IMG/VR virus record: IMGVR_UViG_3300035670_011224
Span: 88,430 to 152,429 of that record
Length of the DNA: 64,000 bases
Strand: one strand, 5' to 3'
From: a virus
A model generated the notes under the pieces. The model did not search any database. It had not been told where the DNA came from and saw nothing but the letters and a program-made list of their open reading frames with translations. Position numbers and translations under genes: made by a program. Positions within the stretch are counted from its first letter, which is position 1. Every line of letters begins with the position of its first letter. Positions 58,105-64,000 of this stretch are shown piece by piece.

Positions 58105-58368
58105 TTACTCCAGTATTATTTTTAGCATAATATAGTTTGGCTTATCGTTGTCTATCAACTGTAGAGTTTTAACCTTTCCCTTGCCAAAAAAATCAAGACC
58201 AACGTGTATAAAAGGACCGCCTTCTAAATCTATATGATATGGAAAGCCATCATCAAATTCTGAACAAATTTTTGTTTTCTTACTTATGCCCTCTAATATA
58301 AATTCTTTATCATTAATCTGCGTAACTACTCTATTTGGAAAACATCCTTGTGTAGAATTATTTGACAC
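58105..58368 (-). CDS. Hypothetical protein
   Basis: 87 aa; IDLEGGPFI. Confidence 0.65.
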   Translation of the reverse strand: MSNNSTQGCFPNRVVTQINDKEFILEGISKKTKICSEFDDGFPYHIDLEGGPFIHVGLDFFGKGKVKTLQLIDNDKPNYIMLKIILE

Positions 58369-58558
58369 TTACTACCTCATACTCATAATCACAATCTTCT
58401 TTATTTATAGATGTTAGATTGTTAAGAACATCTTTTAGATTCTGATTTTCTTTTTCCAAAACCATAACCATATTTTGTGCCTGCGATAAAGCAGAAGATA
58501 GCACTTTTACTTTATTTGCTAGTTCATCCCCAATAAAACTATTTACATTTGATTTCAT
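58358..58558 (-). CDS. Small coiled-coil protein
   Basis: 66 aa; AAGGAGA SD. Confidence 0.65.
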   Translation of the reverse strand: MKSNVNSFIGDELANKVKVLSSALSQAQNMVMVLEKENQNLKDVLNNLTSINKEDCDYEYEVVSVK

Positions 58559-58591
58559 AATTAGTCTCCTTAAAGGATGTATTAGTATACA

Positions 58592-58873
58592 CTATTTAGT
58601 TATCAATTCGCACAGAAATTTACTAATATCTTTGATTTGTTGATGATTAATAACAATCTGATCCGTATATGGGTGCCTGTCTGTTAAAATCTTCCATATA
58701 TAGCGTATTTTCTGAAACCAACTAGAATTATTCTTATAGGCTGCATAACTTTCATACATGGCTAAGTCCAGTGTCTTAGTCTTTTCGTCATAATTTAATA
58801 CCAAAACCTCTTGATTACAATCACATAATACGCAAATAATATGATCTTTTGAGAAGTTGGTGACTGTTCCCAT
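58592..58873 (-). CDS. Hypothetical protein
   Basis: 93 aa; TAATG coupling. Confidence 0.65.
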   Translation of the reverse strand: MGTVTNFSKDHIICVLCDCNQEVLVLNYDEKTKTLDLAMYESYAAYKNNSSWFQKIRYIWKILTDRHPYTDQIVINHQQIKDISKFLCELITK

Positions 58874-59421
58874 TATTTTTTCCTAAGTAACCAACTAGAA
58901 TCCTCAAACAAAATTAAATCTTTTTGACTATAGTTTGAGTTTGAGATAAAAAAGTTAACAGCATCAATAACGCCCGGCCAAGACTTATTATAATCGTGTC
59001 CACATAAAAAACCACCAACCATCAACTTACTAATAGATAATTCTATATCCTGTTTTACTGAATCATAATTATGATTACCATCTATGTAAACACAATCTAT
59101 ACTATTATCTAAAAAGGATGGAAGAATTTTTTCTGAAAGATCGTTATAGATAACGCATTGATGAGTATTAATTTTACTCTCAAATTTTTTACTAAGTAAT
59201 TTACAAGAATATTCTGATTGTTCAATTATATGTATTTTTTTAATCTGAGGAAAACCCAATAATAAAGTTGATGATTCTCCTAGATGAGATCCAATTTCTA
59301 TCCAATTATTGATTGGTGATTGATGATTGATAATATAATTAATTAGATGTAAAAATCCAGTAACTTGTAATATACTAGTTTCATCCCAATCAGGAAAGAA
59401 TCTAACAGACTTGAGACTCAT
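58873..59421 (-). CDS. Methyltransf_24 class I methyltransferase
   Basis: IEIGSHLGES, YIDGNHNYDSVKQD, GGFLCGHDY, WPGV. Confidence 0.9.
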   Translation of the reverse strand: MSLKSVRFFPDWDETSILQVTGFLHLINYIINHQSPINNWIEIGSHLGESSTLLLGFPQIKKIHIIEQSEYSCKLLSKKFESKINTHQCVIYNDLSEKILPSFLDNSIDCVYIDGNHNYDSVKQDIELSISKLMVGGFLCGHDYNKSWPGVIDAVNFFISNSNYSQKDLILFEDSSWLLRKK

Positions 59422-60112
59422 TTATATCCTCAAATACCCATGACCAATACCTACTATCGTCTTTTTGTTGAACACTATCCCAATATAAACAACGAGCAAT
59501 ATAGGATGGAACTTTTAGTTTACCACAATTAATACTCCAGTGGCGCTCCATTTGTTTGTACATTTTAAGTCCAGCACCACTCTTGTACTTTAAATGTTCC
59601 ATACCATACAAGCGTAAAATATGAACATCTCCACAAAGAACTCGACACTCATTGGGATGAATAGTTTCTAGGGCGAAAGAAACTTTGGCCTGAGAGATAC
59701 CCTTAATTTTGTCAACAATATTATCTCGTTTCTTAACGTGATACTTTTTGGTTGTAAAATAAAAGTCTTTCGGATTGCTCCAAAACTTATTCTGAAAGTC
59801 CCAAATATATTCTGTACGATTATTATGAAGTCCAACACCGGACTTATGCAATTTGGTTCTTAGAGTTTCTTTGTCCGATATCCATTCATTAAAGTTCTTA
59901 ATAGCATTATAGCCCTTCACATTTCCTTGCCAAGTGGTATGTACAGAGCAGTATGCAAACAGATATCGTCTAAAGATTTCATCATTATTTTGAGGCTTAA
60001 CACTTTCCCAATAATCCTTATACGACACGATCTTATCTTTTGGAAAATTGGCAAAAAATTCATCAACTTTGCTAGTGGTATACTCAATCTTTTTTTCTGT
60101 TGCGTTTTCCAT
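59402..60112 (-). CDS. HhH-GPD/OGG-like DNA glycosylase
   Basis: IKGISQAKVSFAL (HhH), LCGDVHILR; start likely ATG 60112 after a GGAGA SD. Confidence 0.7.
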   Translation of the reverse strand: MENATEKKIEYTTSKVDEFFANFPKDKIVSYKDYWESVKPQNNDEIFRRYLFAYCSVHTTWQGNVKGYNAIKNFNEWISDKETLRTKLHKSGVGLHNNRTEYIWDFQNKFWSNPKDFYFTTKKYHVKKRDNIVDKIKGISQAKVSFALETIHPNECRVLCGDVHILRLYGMEHLKYKSGAGLKMYKQMERHWSINCGKLKVPSYIARCLYWDSVQQKDDSRYWSWVFEDINESQVC

Positions 60113-60146
60113 ATTGTCTCCAAATGCTGTAATGCTCATACTACTG

Positions 60147-60175
60147 ATTGTATACTACAGTTATCGGCTTGTCAA
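60147..60175 (-). promoter_or_regulatory. Consensus sigma-70 promoter
   Basis: TTGACA-AGCCGATAACTGTAGTA(17)-TACAAT. Confidence 0.8.
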
Positions 60176-60185
60176 GTGTGTTTCT

Positions 60186-61517
60186 TTAAACTGTTCTAGC
60201 CTCGCCATGTAGAATTTTAAATGTTGGAAATCTTAGACTGATACCGCCATCTTGATTCTTGGTTTCTTCAAAATATTGAACGGTAATAACTTTGCCAAGA
60301 ATTTTCTTAGGATTATGAAAAAACTCTTGTCGTTGTTCAATAGTGAAACCACTACCAACTCTCACAAGATAATCTTTATGCTTAATAGTAACACAACTTA
60401 GCATAGTTTCTTCACACTCAGCACCATTCTTTACATAACGGAATGGTCCCATTTCGGTATCAATTACTTCATACTCATCATCAAAAAACTTCTTGACTTT
60501 GAGAAGGTCTTTACTTCGCTTACCTTTATATGGTTCATCTGCTCGTAGCATAACTCCTTCCCAACCATGATCAGCGGCTTCTTTAACCCATTCTTGAAAA
60601 TGTTCATCATTGTGAATCAATTCTTGCTCAAGCAGAGTAAGGCATGGACATTCATTTTTAGTCATAATCTCTGTCAGATTTGCCAATCTAGTAGAATACG
60701 GACGATTCTTTTCTCCGATTTTGCTATAAAATTCATCATGACTAATCATATCAAAAATCTTATATGAAGGATTGGGAATAGTATGATCCTTCTTTTTTAG
60801 TTGCTTCATAACTCCTTGGAAATCTTCATTACCATCATCATCCACAAGACAAAGTTCACCATCAAATACTACATTAGTAACATCAAGAGCCTTAATACCG
60901 CCCCTAACGATAGCAAGAGTATCAAATTCCTTTCCTGTGCGGGAGTAGAAGGTAGTATCGCCATTACTATCAACAATAGCAATACATCTAGCACCATCAA
61001 TCTTTCTGCTAACATACCATCCATCCTTCCAATCTACAATATTTGGATCATACTTATCGGCCAGAGCAACACTAAACTCTGGAATATGATCTGGAATAGC
61101 CTTGTTGATAATCTTATCACCAGCACGGGTTTTCAAATCCTTATCAATGATACAGTGAATAAGCTCCTCGTATTCTTTATTAGGAGTTTCTCCTTGCGAA
61201 GTGTCTTTGTGTATAAAAGTATTAATTGCTCCGATAGCATCATGACCTGTAATCTTACGATTTTTCAGATCATCCAACAACTCAAAAATAGAGTCATACA
61301 CAAGGCCACGAAGTTGATTCTTTTTCTTTAGATTATCGCTGGTTACGTTATATTGCCACAAGGGATGGTAAGTATAAAGTAGAATTTTCTTAGCAAAATT
61401 TGCAGCCTCAGAATTATGATTACAATAGTCCTCAATAATTCCTTGCTTGTCGATGGTGCTGCTTGTGGCCCTAAGATCACGAACCATTCCCCAAACATAA
61501 TTAAAATCGTGAGTCAT
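60186..61517 (-). CDS. lig: ATP-dependent DNA ligase
   Basis: KIDGAR (motif I), SRTG, FDGE, IFD, EGVMLR, KRSKDLLKVK, VGSG, SLRFP. Start ATG 61517, downstream of the promoter and AGGAGA SD. Confidence 0.95.
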   Translation of the reverse strand: MTHDFNYVWGMVRDLRATSSTIDKQGIIEDYCNHNSEAANFAKKILLYTYHPLWQYNVTSDNLKKKNQLRGLVYDSIFELLDDLKNRKITGHDAIGAINTFIHKDTSQGETPNKEYEELIHCIIDKDLKTRAGDKIINKAIPDHIPEFSVALADKYDPNIVDWKDGWYVSRKIDGARCIAIVDSNGDTTFYSRTGKEFDTLAIVRGGIKALDVTNVVFDGELCLVDDDGNEDFQGVMKQLKKKDHTIPNPSYKIFDMISHDEFYSKIGEKNRPYSTRLANLTEIMTKNECPCLTLLEQELIHNDEHFQEWVKEAADHGWEGVMLRADEPYKGKRSKDLLKVKKFFDDEYEVIDTEMGPFRYVKNGAECEETMLSCVTIKHKDYLVRVGSGFTIEQRQEFFHNPKKILGKVITVQYFEETKNQDGGISLRFPTFKILHGEARTV

Positions 61518-61543
61518 CCAAATAGTCTCCTGTGTGTATGTCA

Positions 61544-61572
61544 AGTATACCACAACGCTCAAACACTGTCAA
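61544..61572 (-). promoter_or_regulatory. Consensus sigma-70 promoter of the ligase
   Basis: TTGACA-GTGTTTGAGCGTTGTGG(17)-TATACT. Confidence 0.85.
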
Positions 61573-62530
61573 CCTCTATATCGTCATCCTCTCTGCGAAA
61601 CTCAAGATATTGTTTTAAATCTTTGACGATAGGATGTATAATTTTCATCTCAATAACACCATCAGAGTTTTTAGAAAATTTTATTGGACCAGGAATAAAT
61701 CTATCTTGATTACCATATTCTCTATTTTTTGGATTACCATGAAATAGATGTAAACCACAATTATCTTTTAAATAATTAACATCTTTTATTGGATCGCATA
61801 TTTTTAAAACATTATTTTTATATTCAATATATCTTTCTTTTATTTCTTTAAATCTTGGAGCACAAAATAACGCACAGCAATATGGTTTGTAATCCTTGAT
61901 AAAAGAAGCCCAAAATAAAGTATCTCCTGCCGTACCGTGAGAATACTCAAAAAATCCATTAATTTTGTGATAAAAATTTCTATCAATACAGATATTATAT
62001 CCTGGACTAATAGAACTGAATTCAAAAGGAGTTTGATCTTTTATATGTTTTACAACAGTATATTTTGTATTGGTTTCGTCTAAGTTTAATATTTTGTATA
62101 AATCATCGTGATATAAATCACGATATAAATATTCGCATCCGTGAACTACCTTGTGTGTATTTAATAAATCTGATATTTTGTCTACCCAAGAAGAATCAGA
62201 ATATAGTATATCTGCATCGGTAAATATTAATTTAGTATATTTGTCTGGAATTTTAGATTCGATTATATTCCATAGATTCTCTTTTGAAAAGAAAAAAGAA
62301 TCTGCTCTTACAACATAATTTGCTTGTGGAATAGATTGTTTTTGTTGTGGATAAAGCAGTTCTATAATATAGAATGAAATATTTGTTTTTTTAAGTTCTT
62401 GAATAATTAGTTGTATATTTTTTACAATGGACTTATAGTTTAGAGCATTATAAAAACTCATTACAATACAAATATCTTCTGATTCTATATTAGAGTATCC
62501 AGTATAATTATACGATTGTTTTATTGTCAT
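61559..62530 (-). CDS. GT-A glycosyltransferase-like protein
   Basis: KENLWN, FTDADI, GTAGD, HLFHG...R.Y. Confidence 0.7.
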   Translation of the reverse strand: MTIKQSYNYTGYSNIESEDICIVMSFYNALNYKSIVKNIQLIIQELKKTNISFYIIELLYPQQKQSIPQANYVVRADSFFFSKENLWNIIESKIPDKYTKLIFTDADILYSDSSWVDKISDLLNTHKVVHGCEYLYRDLYHDDLYKILNLDETNTKYTVVKHIKDQTPFEFSSISPGYNICIDRNFYHKINGFFEYSHGTAGDTLFWASFIKDYKPYCCALFCAPRFKEIKERYIEYKNNVLKICDPIKDVNYLKDNCGLHLFHGNPKNREYGNQDRFIPGPIKFSKNSDGVIEMKIIHPIVKDLKQYLEFRREDDDIEVDSV

Positions 62531-63323
62531 GTGGAAAAATATCTATTTTAAAATGTATACCTTTATATTTTAAAAATGTGAATAATTTTTCTGATGGATC
62601 TTTTTCAATATCGAATACTAGTAGTCTATGTACGGATCTACAGAAATAGTCCATAATATTTTTATGGTGTTCTATCCAATCATTTTTCCAAATTTTTATT
62701 ATTTCAGAAATTTTATTTGTATTATAAACCTTTTTGAAAAGATCTATATACTTAATTTCATCATAAATTGGTTGTAAAAAATTATGATTAAGTCTACTTC
62801 TAATCCAATTGTCGATATTTCTAGTATTAAGAATAAATAAACTTTCAGGGTAGTTGATATCAAGAATATCAAAAAAATCCTTATATATTTGTATATATTT
62901 TATACGATTATCTTCTTGGATAAAGCATTCCATATCTCCAAAATAGATATAGTCTTTATAAGAATCTAAAGGTAGATTAGTATCAGAATAAATATTCTTA
63001 TATATTTTTGCTGCTAATGAACCATTGTCCCAATGTATAGCATTTATGCGGCTGTAATTATGAAATAAATTCCATAATGATACTGTCCCACATTTATTAA
63101 ATCCTATTTGAAATATCCTATTACAACCTGTTAAAATTTTAGAATAGCAATAATCACGGCCTTCTTTTCTTCCCCAGTTTATATAGTGATATTTTGCGAG
63201 TTTTTCAGTATCTAAGCCCGCACTTCGTATATCTGAATAATGATTGATATAGAATTCCCAATCAAAATTTTGTGGGATAAATTCTTTATATTTTTCTAAA
63301 AAATCATCTAGTGTTTTGTCCAT
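62508..63323 (-). CDS. Sulfotransferase-family protein with an N-terminal 'FDW..Y...HY...G..EGR' module
   Basis: IFQIGFNKCGTVSL (5'-PSB loop), FILNTRNIDNWIRSR (3'-PB), LLVFDI. Confidence 0.8.
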   Translation of the reverse strand: MDKTLDDFLEKYKEFIPQNFDWEFYINHYSDIRSAGLDTEKLAKYHYINWGRKEGRDYCYSKILTGCNRIFQIGFNKCGTVSLWNLFHNYSRINAIHWDNGSLAAKIYKNIYSDTNLPLDSYKDYIYFGDMECFIQEDNRIKYIQIYKDFFDILDINYPESLFILNTRNIDNWIRSRLNHNFLQPIYDEIKYIDLFKKVYNTNKISEIIKIWKNDWIEHHKNIMDYFCRSVHRLLVFDIEKDPSEKLFTFLKYKGIHFKIDIFPHDNKTIV

Positions 63324-63519
63324 TAGAGAATCTTTTATTCAGTTTTTTAACTAGATCACTACCTGTTGTTTGTAGTATACAAGGAAATATGGAATGTATA
63401 ATTAGAGAAATTCCTGCTAGGACACATAGATATCCATAAAATAAAGCAAAAAACATATGTTGACAATATGTCATTTTATTTTCTTTTAGATGCTCATTCC
63501 ATCTGTTTATTAATCTCAT
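63304..63519 (-). CDS. DUF6356-like small membrane protein
   Basis: HL....MTYCQHMFFA...LIIHSIFP...TGS. Confidence 0.7.
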   Translation of the reverse strand: MRLINRWNEHLKENKMTYCQHMFFALFYGYLCVLAGISLIIHSIFPCILQTTGSDLVKKLNKRFSNGQNTR

Positions 63520-63865
63520 TTTGTTTTCTATTTTTAGACATTATCAAATAGTTGGCAGCCTTAATAATACCTTCTAGGTTATCTCCTAGTTTTCCTATTC
63601 CAGTATTACACCTATCGCATGTCCAACCCCTAAAACTATCATCATCATGATCATGGTCTAATCTCCATTCTGATGGAATTTTACCACAACATTCACAATG
63701 TAATGGTTTCGGTGGTGCTAATTTATGTAATTTATGTCTAATTTTAGCGTGTTTTTTGATACAAGATCGACATCTCTTGTCTAGATTATCTTTAAAGTGA
63801 CAATGTTTCGGGAAAGATTTTGGATTCTTTCTTTTGCCACAATATGTACAAATTTTTCTACTCAT
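63494..63865 (-). CDS. Endonuclease VII-domain protein
   Basis: CxxC...CxxC; CECCG...LDHDH...RGWTCDRCNTGIG. Start ATG 63865; the longer ORF overlaps the tmRNA. Confidence 0.85.
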   Translation of the reverse strand: MSRKICTYCGKRKNPKSFPKHCHFKDNLDKRCRSCIKKHAKIRHKLHKLAPPKPLHCECCGKIPSEWRLDHDHDDDSFRGWTCDRCNTGIGKLGDNLEGIIKAANYLIMSKNRKQNEINKQME

Positions 63866-63873
63866 AATTTTAT

Positions 63874-64000
63874 TGGACCGGATGGGAGTCGAACCCATGT
63901 CTTGTGATACTATTACTATAATCTCTACAAGTTTATTTTGTTCATAAGTTTTAAGAAAGACTAAAGAACAAACAACATTCATCTTTCCATACCAACTAGT
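63874..64000 (-). ncRNA. ssrA: tmRNA, 3' portion (truncated by the window end)
   Basis: AAACTTGTAGA...GAC-ATGGG-TTCGACT-CCCAT-CCGGTCC-A: U70 and A73 alanine identity elements; upstream interleaved stems GAAAGA/TCTTTC and TTTGTTC/GAACAAA (pseudoknot); no anticodon arm next to the T arm. Confidence 0.8.

Noticed and set aside
63866-63982. N-terminal extension of the endonuclease VII ORF
   Set aside because: It overlaps the tmRNA 3' end; ATG 63865 gives a coherent protein.
1-64000. Origin as a giant eukaryotic virus (NCLDV) or eukaryote, suggested by Cys-rich/extensin-like proteins, GT60 and many GTs
   Set aside because: SD sequences, overlapping operonic genes, sigma-70 promoters, sigma factor, rIIA/rIIB, RuvB, Tat signals and tmRNA all indicate a bacteriophage.
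1-64000. Alternative genetic code (stop-codon reassignment)
   Set aside because: Recognisable proteins are full length in the standard code, and TAA, TAG and TGA all end genes at plausible positions.

Overview
An AT-rich, gene-dense segment, mostly coded on the minus strand, of a large (jumbo-type) tailed dsDNA bacteriophage. Evidence for a phage: rIIA/rIIB, ATP-dependent DNA ligase, endonuclease VII, HNH endonucleases, a sigma factor, ClpP, RuvB, tRNA-Leu(CAA), the 3' end of a tmRNA, Shine-Dalgarno sites and sigma-70 promoters. The host is inferred to be Planctomycetota or another PVC bacterium, from three Tat-signal DUF1501 genes, a planctomycete cytochrome c/DUF1549/DUF1553 gene and a planctomycete-type vWA gene. 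Layout: (1) 1-8.4 kb: four large Cys-rich proteins, three of them also Pro- and/or Thr-rich, carrying (Pro-Pro-Ser)n, poly-Pro and mucin-like Thr-Pro tracts; probably virion fibres. (2) 8.4-17 kb: probable late and metabolic genes. (3) 14-39 kb plus scattered sites: about 16 glycosyltransferase-like genes including a GT60 (hydroxyproline/Ser/Thr GlcNAc-transferase type) and a GT10 fucosyltransferase, four SAM methyltransferases, a sulfotransferase and a 2OG-Fe(II) hydroxylase. (4) 39-49 kb and 59-64 kb: recombination, replication and early genes. (5) 49-58 kb: a periplasmic planctomycete-type module. The two best candidates for undescribed systems are (a) a phage-encoded hydroxyproline-rich-glycoprotein 'glycocalyx' pathway with substrates, hydroxylase, initiating GT60 and elongating/decorating enzymes, and (b) the phage-borne DUF1501/cytochrome c-DUF1549-DUF1553/vWA/PspC envelope module. 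Also found: a recurrent GGTGTAW promoter motif, a RuvA domain III fused to a zinc ribbon, a catalytically dead DeoC and a D-armless tRNA-like element. All family assignments come from motif recognition by eye; no searches were run.
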